From an uncultured bacterium (lineage in GTDB: Bacteria > Edwardsbacteria > AC1 > EtOH8), in the NCBI GenBank assembly GCA_963780225.1, contig CAWAAX010000003.1, forward strand, positions 134,971 through 198,970: a DNA stretch of 64,000 bases, in the 5' to 3' direction. The position numbers and the translations under genes are program-made. Positions 25,801-35,620 of the stretch are shown here, piece after piece. A model generated the notes under the pieces. That model saw nothing but the letters and a program-made list of their open reading frames with translations, did no database searches and was not told the origin of the DNA. The first letter of the stretch is position 1, and each line of letters begins with the position of its first letter.

Positions 25801-26272
25801 AACTAATCACGCCATTTTAAGCACAATATCCCGTCTGGATGTCAAAGATGCCGGCAAAAGTGTAACTATTTTATGGCCAGGCAAGGGTGGATTGTCCATA
25901 AGGGTGTAACGGAGTAAATCCGCCAAAGGATAATAAGCTTAAAAAATATTTCAAATATTCAGGTTTTTTAAATTTTCCGGTTGGGATCAGGCCGGCATGA
26001 ATCTATTTATGGGGAAAACAGCGCCCGGTTTTTAAGTTTGAATTTTTCCGGCTTTACAAGGATTCAAACATCCTTAAAGCAGCAGATACAGATATATGAT
26101 GACGGCGGTTATTTTTAAAACAATAAACAATAAATAAGTAAAAAATTTCAACAAGGAGGTGAAACCCTTAATAAGCCCTAAAAGTTAATTGTTTTTTGGG
26201 TGGAATTATCCTCAGGGGGTTTTTACTTTAAGAAGTCAAAATTAGTATAAATTTATACTGGAGGGAATTTAA

Positions 26273-29113
26273 ATGAAAGCAGTAAGGGTACTGTTGGTTC
26301 TGATGCTGGCTCTTGCAGCCATAGGAAATCTGGCTTGGGCCGGCACAGTCGGGAAAATCAACGGCGTGGTGATAGATGCCGAAACCAGGGAGCCGTTGCC
26401 CGGCGCAGTGATCACCATGTTGGGTACCTCCATGGGCGCCAACACCGATCTGGATGGCAGGTACACCATCAGCAACGTGCCGGTGGGCACCTATACGGTG
26501 CAGGCCAAGATGATGGGTTACGAAACCCAGAACATTACGGGCATCAAATCAATCATGGATTTGACCACCCCGGTCAACTTCCGGCTTAAATCCACCATCA
26601 TCGAAATGGAAGGCACGGTGGTCAAAGGCGATAGAGGCGTCATCCAGGTCCGGGCCGACATCACCAGCACCACCAAGACCGTCTCCACCAAGGAAATCGA
26701 GAACATGGCCGGAGTGCGTAGCTACCAGGACGTGGTGGCGGCACAGTCCGGTGTGGTATCAAGCTCGGGCGGCGGCTCGGGGAGCACCGCCGGGATGCAC
26801 ATCCGGGGCGGCCGGTCCAACGAAATCGCCTACTTTGTGGACGGCCTTTCCACCCAGGACCAGGTAACCGGGCAAAGCGGGGCCAACATCAACAACAACG
26901 CCATCCAGGAAGTGATGGTCATTACCGGCGGCTTTAACGCCGAATACGGTTCAGCCATGTCGGGCGTGGTCAACGTGGTTACCAAAAGCGGTTCCGCCAA
27001 GCTGGAAGGTATGTTAAGGGTCCGCACCGACGCCCTTTTCCCCAAGGAAAACGAGTTAAATTTAGGCTATAACGGCTTTGAGGCCAATCTGGGAGGCCCC
27101 ATCTATAAATTGACGGACTTTAAATTCTTTCTTTCCGGAGAAATATACCGCCGCCAGTATGCCGAGGCCTGGGAGGCCCTTCCCCATACCGAGCGGGAAT
27201 TTTATTCGGGCCAGGCCAAGCTGACCATGGACAAAAGGATGTTCAAGGCTTCGGTGGGCGGGTTCATGTCCCGCCTCCAGTACGGAAGCTTTTTCGGCCG
27301 GGAAATGAATGGAGATTTCCGTTATACTGTAAACGGCAACGCTTCCCGGGTTCAAAAAAGCCAGCAGCTGCAGACCTCCATTACCCATATGCTTTCCAAG
27401 GACATTTTTTATAACGCCAACGTAGCCTATTTTACAACCAGCCAAACCGTCGGGGTCCGCAAGCACAATGCCAGCGGCTACGAAGGCTGGTTTGAAGACT
27501 ACGATTTTAAACTGCCATACTCCAATAACTGGTTCAAAGATCCCACCAATCCGTTCTATACCGGGGATACCCTGGAAGGATACCGTGACTTTAACAAAGG
27601 GAGCCCGGATTCCAACCCCTACGGCGTGGCTGGATTTTACTACGTCGGAGACTATCCCCACTACGATCAAAGAGAATCCAAATATACCCTGGGCCGGATG
27701 GACATGACCGCCCAGGTTACCCAGGCTCATCAGCTGAAAAGCGGTTTGGAAATAAAATTCAATACCGTCCAGTATCATAGCATAGGCTATGCGGCCAGCA
27801 GTATTTACAATGATTCCACCGGAGAGGTCAACTATACCTATCAGGGGGATGATTATACCTATTATCCTTTTAGCAGCAGTTTTTACCTCCAGGATAAAAT
27901 GGAGTTCCAGGGTTTGGTGGTCAACGCCGGCCTCCGGCTGGATATGCTCAATACCAAGGCCGAGCATCTGGCCGATGTTACCGACCTCCAGAACATGGTC
28001 TGGGTAAAAACCGCCATGAAATACAAGGTATCGCCCCGGCTGGGAATATCCTTCCCCATTTCCGAAGTGACGGCCCTGCGTTTTTCCTATGGCCAGTTCT
28101 TCCAACAGCCGGATATGCAGTACCTTTATGAGAGCATTGGCGGCGCCTCTTCCAACAACGTTTCGTCTTTGGGCAATCCCGATCTGAATGCCCAGCAGAC
28201 CACCACGTTTGAATTGGGCCTGCAGCACCAGTTTTCGGCCACCCTTTTGGCCAACGTTACCGCCTATTACAAGGATATTTACCATTTGTTGGGAATGCGC
28301 TCCATTCCTGCCTCGCCCCGCTCTTATTATCTGTACATAGACTCCGACTATGGCAATGTCAAGGGCGCCGAGGTTCAGCTAGATGCCCAGCTTACCCGGT
28401 GGCTTACCGGCCGGGCTTCCTACGCCCTGTCCATGGCCCGGGGCAGCAGCTCCTATGTTTGGGAGGTCTATTCCACCAACTATAACGCCGGGAGCGGCGA
28501 CTGGATACCCAAGCAGGACTATAATCTGGAATACGACCAAAGGCACAGTATTTCGGCCTCGCTTTCGGTGGGCCTGGAACAAGGCGACGGACCCAAGGTA
28601 TTCGGCATCAGGCCGCTGGAAATGTTCAGCGCCAATATCAGCACTAATGCCGGCAGCGGATATCCTTATACCAAGACCGATATAAAAAACAAGCCGCTGG
28701 AGCTTAATAACAGTTCCCGTTTGCCCTGGACCTTCAGCACCGACATGAGGGTCAGCCGCGACTTCAAAGTATGGAGACTGAACCCCAGCTTGTTCCTGGA
28801 GGTAGACAACCTGTTCAACAACCAGAATGTGGCCGCGGTTTATTCGTTCACCGGCGATCCGGTTAGCGACGGCTGGTATGAGAACGGTGAGCTGTTAATC
28901 TATGCCACGGCCATCCCCAGGTATTACGAGGATGGCAGCCCCAACCCGCTATATAGCACCAAAGCCGACCTGGACCGCAACGATTACATTTCGGCGGAGG
29001 AGCATTATCTGGCGGTGGTCAAGGCTCATGATGAATTACAGCGGGACGGCGTAAATACCTTCCCCTACGAAACATCCCGCCGGGTTAAATTCGGGATGAG
29101 CATCAGCTTCTAA
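26273..29113 (+). CDS. TonB-dependent receptor with N-terminal carboxypeptidase-regulatory-like domain
   Basis: GKINGVVIDAETREPLPGA, HIRGGRSNE, ITGGFNAEYGSAMSGVVNVVTKSG (plug), SPRLGISF, GNPDL, terminal F. Confidence 0.95.
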   Translation: MKAVRVLLVLMLALAAIGNLAWAGTVGKINGVVIDAETREPLPGAVITMLGTSMGANTDLDGRYTISNVPVGTYTVQAKMMGYETQNITGIKSIMDLTTPVNFRLKSTIIEMEGTVVKGDRGVIQVRADITSTTKTVSTKEIENMAGVRSYQDVVAAQSGVVSSSGGGSGSTAGMHIRGGRSNEIAYFVDGLSTQDQVTGQSGANINNNAIQEVMVITGGFNAEYGSAMSGVVNVVTKSGSAKLEGMLRVRTDALFPKENELNLGYNGFEANLGGPIYKLTDFKFFLSGEIYRRQYAEAWEALPHTEREFYSGQAKLTMDKRMFKASVGGFMSRLQYGSFFGREMNGDFRYTVNGNASRVQKSQQLQTSITHMLSKDIFYNANVAYFTTSQTVGVRKHNASGYEGWFEDYDFKLPYSNNWFKDPTNPFYTGDTLEGYRDFNKGSPDSNPYGVAGFYYVGDYPHYDQRESKYTLGRMDMTAQVTQAHQLKSGLEIKFNTVQYHSIGYAASSIYNDSTGEVNYTYQGDDYTYYPFSSSFYLQDKMEFQGLVVNAGLRLDMLNTKAEHLADVTDLQNMVWVKTAMKYKVSPRLGISFPISEVTALRFSYGQFFQQPDMQYLYESIGGASSNNVSSLGNPDLNAQQTTTFELGLQHQFSATLLANVTAYYKDIYHLLGMRSIPASPRSYYLYIDSDYGNVKGAEVQLDAQLTRWLTGRASYALSMARGSSSYVWEVYSTNYNAGSGDWIPKQDYNLEYDQRHSISASLSVGLEQGDGPKVFGIRPLEMFSANISTNAGSGYPYTKTDIKNKPLELNNSSRLPWTFSTDMRVSRDFKVWRLNPSLFLEVDNLFNNQNVAAVYSFTGDPVSDGWYENGELLIYATAIPRYYEDGSPNPLYSTKADLDRNDYISAEEHYLAVVKAHDELQRDGVNTFPYETSRRVKFGMSISF

Positions 29114-29217
29114 CCCTTGTTCCCCGGCGCCTTTGTAACAAAAGTAAATGGTTCAATTCGCCGGGGCCACTAAGACATTTTACAATAATGATAATCCGCT
29201 TTTAGGAGGAAAATTAA

Positions 29218-32200
29218 ATGAGGTTAAACAAAGGGAGACCAGCTGGCCTGGGGCTGATGATGTTGGCGGTTGTTTTGGCTCTGTTGTCCAGCTCAGTAAA
29301 TACGGTTTGGGCCCGTCCCAAAGAAGTGCTTCCGCAAGATAATAAAATCTACGATTGGACATCTCTCCGGAAAAATAATTTTTTCATGGCCATAACCAAC
29401 TACGGCATTTTGGGTCAGAGTTTATCCGGCGATGCTTATGGTTTTTGGCCGGCACCGACCGTTGATGTCAACGGAGATCTGGTGGCCCCTGCCATGAATT
29501 ACATCTACGGCTGGGGCTTGTGGATCGGAGCCCAGGTTATGTCCACCAAGCCCGGCAAGACCCGCGATACTATGTGCACCATAGGTTACAACGCCAACAG
29601 CGGCACCGGAGAATTCACCGCCGGCGCAGTAATCGGCGGGGTGCCCCAGATGGTTACCGCAGCCGATGTTAAAATATTTTCTTCGCTGGACGGCGATTGG
29701 CCGTTGAAGACCACCGCCGGGGGTGACAGCGTGGTTTCGGTGGTGGATACCAGGGCCATCTATAACGATTGGAACGTCCTTAGACATGCTACCGGCGGTA
29801 TTCCGCTTAAGGTGGAGGTAACCCAAACTACCTACCAGTGGAACTATCCCTCCAATCAGGATGTAATATTCTGCATGTTCGAAGTGAAAAACACCGGGCC
29901 CGATACCTTATTTGATGTTTATCTGGCTCCCATGGCCGACAACGATATCGGAAACGAGAGCGGCACGGCAGCCAACGATGTCTGCTATTTTGACGCCTCC
30001 ACCAATATGGCCTATCAATATCAATTAACTCCCACCGAGTCACAGTGGACAAGAGACGCAGGGTGCATAGGATTTATGTTCTTGGAAAGCCCCAAGGCCA
30101 CTAAAGATTACACCTTCCCCGACGGATACCAAATTTACAAGGACAGCACCATTGGGTTGTTTGCCTTTAAGGTATTCAACATCAACATAGACCCGATGGA
30201 TAACTTGTCACAATATAAGGAATTGGCCGGATATGATTATCAAACCGGCAAGTTCATTCGATTTGATCCCAAGCCGGCGGCCGGCGACCAGCGTTTTATG
30301 GAATCCACCGGCCCCATAGACATGGCTCCCGGCGCTACCGCCAAAACCATCGTGGCCATCATGGCCGCCAATTTTGATTACGCCTATTTGAACATCAACG
30401 ATACTCTGGCCATCGCCTCCCTCAGGTCCAAGGCCAAGGCCGCCCAACTGATCTATGATTCCAACTGGCTGCTGCCCGGGCCGCCGCCGGCTCCGGCGCT
30501 GACCATTACCCCGGGCCATCGCCGGGTCATAATCGGGTGGGATAACTCGGCCGAAGATGTGAACAACCCCAAAAATAAAAATCTGGCCTATTATCAAAAA
30601 GTAACCTCCGACAGCACCAGTTTGGCCAAATTCGATCCAAACTTTTTGACCAACATCCTGCAAGGTTATAAGTTGTATAAAAGCGAAGACGGAGCAATAT
30701 GGAATTTGGTCGGTCAATGGGATAAAGATGACAATATTACCGTTGATACTTTAGGTATAACGGTAACCGGCCCGGAACCTTTAAGGGGCGCTTCGGTGGT
30801 AACGTTGTCTCCCTTGCTTTATAAGTCATATGAGATTTCTCCGAGCTGGATACCAACATCTTTACCCAGCCCAAGCACATTTCCGGTAATTCCCGCGCCG
30901 GCTTTAACTCAGGGATCCAACAGCGGGCTGCAGTATTCTTACGTTGACGAAAATTTAATCAACGGATTCACTTATTATTATGCGGTTACCTCTTACGGGG
31001 TAAACTGGCAGTCGGTACTCAACGCCGCCAAAGACAGCGTAATTTCCAAAACGCCGCTCTATTTTGAGACTACGACCAGTGAGAATGTCACCCCGGTCGT
31101 TCCCCGCAGCGAACCCAACGATTATTTGGCTTCCACGGCCTGGGTAAGCGAAAATGCCGGAATAAGCTACGGCAGAACTCTGTTGCTTACCCCTACGGTT
31201 GACCTGCCCCGGGAAATCAAAACTGCCAAGTACCGCCAGGTTTGGGGTCCGGTTACCAGAGGCAAGCAAGCTACCGATCTTACCTACACCCCAAAACTTT
31301 CTTATACTGTTTTGGCTGAGAATGGCGATACTTTGGTGCCCTGGACTTATCCATCTATGGACTATGAAACTTACCGGGATTCAATCCGGTGGTTCAAGTC
31401 AATCAAATTTACTCCGGGCAATTATCTTACTATCATAAACCAGGCCGGCCCGGTTACCAAAACCAGTTTTAGAATAAACCAGGTATTAACCCCGGCTGCC
31501 TATACCGATACCACCTGGGCCATGTTTGGTTCTCCGGACCTTAGATGGGCATTCAGAAGCGGCAACTACGAAGTCCGGTGGTTCGATCACAACCCCGAAA
31601 TAGATGGCAGTCTATCACGGACCGATACTTTGTGGGCGCAGGTATGGCATGTGGTAGATTCAGTAAAGAATATCGTGGTTAAAGTCCCCTACGATTCACT
31701 TGTTTTAAATAATTGGCTAAATAGTTCCTGGAATTTTGGTGGTACTGGAACCGGGCTGGGACGCCGCTATATAGTAAATGTCAGCAACTTTTATTTGAAA
31801 TGGATGAACATTTGCGGAATACGGCTGTACTTTAATAATCCCAAAAAGACCACTCTTGGCGTTAACATGGTCTGGGCCCGCAAACCGGCCAATGGCGATA
31901 TTTGGAAAATCCGCACCTCAGGCCTGTCCGGCCCGGTGGAGGGAGAGTACCAAATTATCAACACTTCAGAATACCAGTTTACTGCTTCGGTGGTAGATCT
32001 TAAAAAAATCGCGGTAGTGCCCAATCCCTACATAGTCCGGAATATTTGGGAGCGAACCAACGACCGCAATAAATTGCAGTTTGTCAATCTTCCCACCAAA
32101 TGTACAGTTAAAATTTACACCCTGGCGGGCAACCTGATCAAAGTGCTGGAGCATGATGATAATGGCGGCCAGGACGGCGGTACCTGCTGGTGGGATCCAA

Positions 32201-32304
32201 TGCTGACCATGAACCAGCAGCAGATAGCCAGCGGCGTGTATCTGTATTACGTGGATGCCCCCGGTATCGGGACCCATGTGGGCAAGTTCGCGGTGGTCCG
32301 TTAA
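29218..32304 (+). CDS. Large secreted protein with T9SS-like C-terminal domain
   Basis: Signal peptide; ITNYGILG, PPPAPAL, YSYVDENLINGFTYYYAVTSY, IAVVPNPY...FVNLP..CTVKIYTLAGNLI...IASGVYLY...KFAVVR. Confidence 0.85.
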   Translation: MRLNKGRPAGLGLMMLAVVLALLSSSVNTVWARPKEVLPQDNKIYDWTSLRKNNFFMAITNYGILGQSLSGDAYGFWPAPTVDVNGDLVAPAMNYIYGWGLWIGAQVMSTKPGKTRDTMCTIGYNANSGTGEFTAGAVIGGVPQMVTAADVKIFSSLDGDWPLKTTAGGDSVVSVVDTRAIYNDWNVLRHATGGIPLKVEVTQTTYQWNYPSNQDVIFCMFEVKNTGPDTLFDVYLAPMADNDIGNESGTAANDVCYFDASTNMAYQYQLTPTESQWTRDAGCIGFMFLESPKATKDYTFPDGYQIYKDSTIGLFAFKVFNINIDPMDNLSQYKELAGYDYQTGKFIRFDPKPAAGDQRFMESTGPIDMAPGATAKTIVAIMAANFDYAYLNINDTLAIASLRSKAKAAQLIYDSNWLLPGPPPAPALTITPGHRRVIIGWDNSAEDVNNPKNKNLAYYQKVTSDSTSLAKFDPNFLTNILQGYKLYKSEDGAIWNLVGQWDKDDNITVDTLGITVTGPEPLRGASVVTLSPLLYKSYEISPSWIPTSLPSPSTFPVIPAPALTQGSNSGLQYSYVDENLINGFTYYYAVTSYGVNWQSVLNAAKDSVISKTPLYFETTTSENVTPVVPRSEPNDYLASTAWVSENAGISYGRTLLLTPTVDLPREIKTAKYRQVWGPVTRGKQATDLTYTPKLSYTVLAENGDTLVPWTYPSMDYETYRDSIRWFKSIKFTPGNYLTIINQAGPVTKTSFRINQVLTPAAYTDTTWAMFGSPDLRWAFRSGNYEVRWFDHNPEIDGSLSRTDTLWAQVWHVVDSVKNIVVKVPYDSLVLNNWLNSSWNFGGTGTGLGRRYIVNVSNFYLKWMNICGIRLYFNNPKKTTLGVNMVWARKPANGDIWKIRTSGLSGPVEGEYQIINTSEYQFTASVVDLKKIAVVPNPYIVRNIWERTNDRNKLQFVNLPTKCTVKIYTLAGNLIKVLEHDDNGGQDGGTCWWDPMLTMNQQQIASGVYLYYVDAPGIGTHVGKFAVVR

Positions 32305-32397
32305 AACTTCAGCCGCCGGCGGTTGGAAATTATTCAATCGCCGGCGCCGGTCCCGATAAAACAAAGTATTTTACATCACGAAAAACAGGGAGGAATC

Positions 32398-33426
32398 ATG
32401 AAAAAGAATATACTAATAGCCTTGGCGGTGTTAGTGGCCATTGGCGGGCCAGCCGGGGCTGTGACCTTCTCTAAAGTGGGAACCGCGGGCGCCCAATTTC
32501 TTAAAATAGGGGCAGGGGCCAGGGCGGAGGGCATGGGCGAGGCTTTTACCGCTGTGGTTGACGATGCCACTGCCATGTATTGGAACCCGGCCGGTCTGGC
32601 CCAGGCCAAAAAACAGGAAATAACTTTTACCCACAACCAATGGCTGGGCGAGATCAACCACGAATTCATTGGCTATTGTTTGCCCATGGGTGCCAATGGA
32701 ACTTTGGGCCTGAATCTGACCGTGCTCAATGTCGGAGAAATGCCGGTAACCACGGTAGAGCTTTCGGGCGATCCCAATGGCGAATTTTTTACCTGCGTGG
32801 ACTGGGCGTTTGCCATCGGATACGGCCGTAATTTAACCGACAAGGTGGCCTTTGGCGCCACCGCCAAGATCATTCAACAGAGGATCTGGGACATGAAGGC
32901 TTCGGCCTTTGCCATGGATTTGGGAGTTATGGCCAAGACAGGTTTCAAGAGTCTGCGGATAGCAGCCACCCTTCTTAACTTCGGTACCGATATCCAGTAT
33001 TCCGGAGGGCAGTTGGTGGAAGAAGCAGATTATCATGATTACGGCACCGGTCCCCAACAAGCCCAAACGATAGAATTAGCCACCAGCTCCTCTCCGTTGC
33101 CGTTGAGCTACCGGATGGGTGCAGTTTATGATTTTATAGACAATCCGAACCATAAACTTACGGCGGCTTTTGATTATGTCCATCCCAACGACGGCAGTGA
33201 AAAACAAAATATGGGCGTGGAATACGGCTTCAATAAAATGATGTTTGTCCGGGCCGGGATGCGGATAGATATAGATGCCCGGGACGATGACAATGCCTAC
33301 AGCCCGACGGTTGGTCTGGGCGTCAACTACGGTTTCGGCATGCTAAAAACCAAAATTGACTATGCCTATGCCGACTACGGTCCTTTAAGCACGGTTCATC
33401 GTATTGCTTTAGCCTTGGCCTTTTAA
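32398..33426 (+). CDS. PorV/PorQ-family outer-membrane beta-barrel
   Basis: AQFLKIGAGARAEGMGEAFTAVVDDATAMYWNPAGLA; DYAYADYGPL..VHRIAL..AF. Confidence 0.9.
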   Translation: MKKNILIALAVLVAIGGPAGAVTFSKVGTAGAQFLKIGAGARAEGMGEAFTAVVDDATAMYWNPAGLAQAKKQEITFTHNQWLGEINHEFIGYCLPMGANGTLGLNLTVLNVGEMPVTTVELSGDPNGEFFTCVDWAFAIGYGRNLTDKVAFGATAKIIQQRIWDMKASAFAMDLGVMAKTGFKSLRIAATLLNFGTDIQYSGGQLVEEADYHDYGTGPQQAQTIELATSSSPLPLSYRMGAVYDFIDNPNHKLTAAFDYVHPNDGSEKQNMGVEYGFNKMMFVRAGMRIDIDARDDDNAYSPTVGLGVNYGFGMLKTKIDYAYADYGPLSTVHRIALALAF

Positions 33427-33478
33427 TTATCAAAGCCGGGCGTTTAAGGGACAGGGGCGGCTGGGGTAGGGAGATGCT

Positions 33479-35575
33479 ATGACTCTAAAAAATATTATGC
33501 CGCCCCGGGGGTTGATTTCTAGAATTATTTTAGGCCTTTTGTTTATTCTGTTCTTTGAAAATAATTGTTTTGGCGGTCAATGGACTATGATGTTTTATAT
33601 GGCTGCCGATAACGATCTCTACAGTCAGGCTTTAACAGATATTGAAGAACTGCAGAAGATCTCCGGCCAACCGGGTATTGACATCATAGTCCAATTAGAC
33701 TCTCCTTCCGGGGCGTATCGCTACCAAGTTCTCCCACAAGGAACCAGCATTTTGGCAAATTTGGGACAGAGCAATAGCGGCTCACCTGGGGCTTTGGCAG
33801 ATTTCGGCAGGTGGGCGGTAAAAACTTTTCCCGCTCAAAAGTACCTGCTGGTTTTGTGGGATCACGGAGACGGTTGGGGTAAACAAGGGAAAAATATCGG
33901 ATACGACCAATATTTTAAAGACTGGTTGAGTGTGGCCGAGGGAGAGTTAAGAGGGGCCCTGGCGGATATCAGTTCCACAGCCGGCCAACCCATAGATATT
34001 GTTGTCTTCGACGCTTGTTCCATGCAGATGACGGAAGTGCTGTCAGAGCTGAATGGACTCTGTCATTATGCCGTTGGTTCGGAAGCCCTTTTTCCGGTGG
34101 ATGGCATGCCTTACGATGTGGCCTGGAAAGGCATAGACGGAAATACTCCGGCAGAAAGCTTGGCAATCAGGCTGGTAAATTCCTGCAATATCTTTAATGA
34201 CTTAGGATATCAGACCACCTGTTCCGCGGTCAACATCGGTATCCTTTCCGCCGCCACGCAAAACCTGAAATCTTTAACCGGACGGTTAAGAGAATTGCCG
34301 GTTTCAGATTATGTCAATCCTGCCGAGGTTTCCGATTCGGTCTTAAGTTTTCCGCCTTTTGCTAGTTATGATCTGCCCCAGGCGCTTGATTTTATAGGAA
34401 AAAGAATTCCGGACCCGGAAAAAACATTAGTTTTAGATGCCGGTCAGCAGTTTAAAAACAGCGTGATGGCCCAGGCCATTACCGGAAATGACAACCAAAA
34501 AGCAAGTGGTCTGGCCGCTTGGTATCCCAACGGTAAATATAATTTTGAAAGCGGCATAGATTTATACGCAAATTTAAAATGGTCCGGCCTTTCAGGGTGG
34601 GATAAATTACTCTACCAGTTGATATTTCAGAAAGATTCAACCGCGCCGGTTCCGCAAAATATTAATTTAGTTCAAGGGCCTGGAGGGTTTCGGAAGCTTA
34701 CTTGGGAGAACGGGTATGATCCGTCAGGAATTGAACTGTACCAAATCCGGCACAGCCAAGATCTGATTACTGATTTTATTGACCGGGGTGGAATTTCTGA
34801 TACATCAAATTGGGAAAAAACAGGTTTTGTTATAGTGCCTAAGGCCGGCGGTGATACTGCTTATTATTCCATTGGCGGCCAAATGACCGGTAAAAATGTG
34901 ATTCAATTTGACTCTTCTGGAAATATTGGATTTAGCGCAGAAGGAATATGGGGATCAATTGTTCTGGAGTCCTGCGTCGACACTATTGTCGGCTGGGACA
35001 CTTTGGGGACTTGGAATTTTTATAGAGAAGGATTTCCAAAATACTGTTCGGCTAAGGTTAAAACCGCTCAGGCCAGGATCAGAATAAGCTGGAATCCGTT
35101 TTCTGGGGGTTATTGGGTTTATATTGATGACGTCAAGGTTTGCCATCCGGAATCCACGAAAGGGATAGAAACAGTTAGTTCACTTCTCCCTTTCTATATC
35201 TTAAGCAGCCAACCGGGCACGGAAGGGTTTTACCAGATCAGATCAGTTGACAGCCTGCTAAATCAAAGTTCCTGGAGCGATGTTCGATTTTACCAACCAG
35301 CTGCCGGTTTTATCAGGGCCTGGCCCAATCCTTTTAAGGACAAAATATTTTTATTGTTTTCGTTACCAACCGGCAGTATGCAGAAGGTGAAAATATTCAA
35401 TGTTTTGGGTCAGTTCATTGACCAAATGTCTGTGCAGAAAAAAACGGTTAACGGGGGAACGACGGAAATTCTTTACTACTGGGAACCTAAGGCATCAATG
35501 GCGGCAGGGATATATATAGCCCAGGTGAATTCAGATATGGGCCTCCGGGCCATTAAACTGACTTTGGTCAGATAA
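33479..35575 (+). CDS. Clostripain (C11) family cysteine peptidase with C-terminal T9SS-like domain
   Basis: WTMMFYMAADNDL, LVLWDHGDGW (His), FDACSM (Cys), GSE; AWPNPF...IFNVLGQ...AGIYI...KLTLVR. Confidence 0.9.
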   Translation: MTLKNIMPPRGLISRIILGLLFILFFENNCFGGQWTMMFYMAADNDLYSQALTDIEELQKISGQPGIDIIVQLDSPSGAYRYQVLPQGTSILANLGQSNSGSPGALADFGRWAVKTFPAQKYLLVLWDHGDGWGKQGKNIGYDQYFKDWLSVAEGELRGALADISSTAGQPIDIVVFDACSMQMTEVLSELNGLCHYAVGSEALFPVDGMPYDVAWKGIDGNTPAESLAIRLVNSCNIFNDLGYQTTCSAVNIGILSAATQNLKSLTGRLRELPVSDYVNPAEVSDSVLSFPPFASYDLPQALDFIGKRIPDPEKTLVLDAGQQFKNSVMAQAITGNDNQKASGLAAWYPNGKYNFESGIDLYANLKWSGLSGWDKLLYQLIFQKDSTAPVPQNINLVQGPGGFRKLTWENGYDPSGIELYQIRHSQDLITDFIDRGGISDTSNWEKTGFVIVPKAGGDTAYYSIGGQMTGKNVIQFDSSGNIGFSAEGIWGSIVLESCVDTIVGWDTLGTWNFYREGFPKYCSAKVKTAQARIRISWNPFSGGYWVYIDDVKVCHPESTKGIETVSSLLPFYILSSQPGTEGFYQIRSVDSLLNQSSWSDVRFYQPAAGFIRAWPNPFKDKIFLLFSLPTGSMQKVKIFNVLGQFIDQMSVQKKTVNGGTTEILYYWEPKASMAAGIYIAQVNSDMGLRAIKLTLVR

Positions 35576-35620
35576 TAAAAATTAAATAGAAAACAAAAAC
35601 CATTTAGGAGGGATACAAAA

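Noticed and set aside
25800..26272. Cobalamin, TPP or c-di-GMP riboswitch upstream of the TonB receptor
   Set aside because: No recognisable core motifs by eye; an Rfam scan would be needed to exclude it fully.
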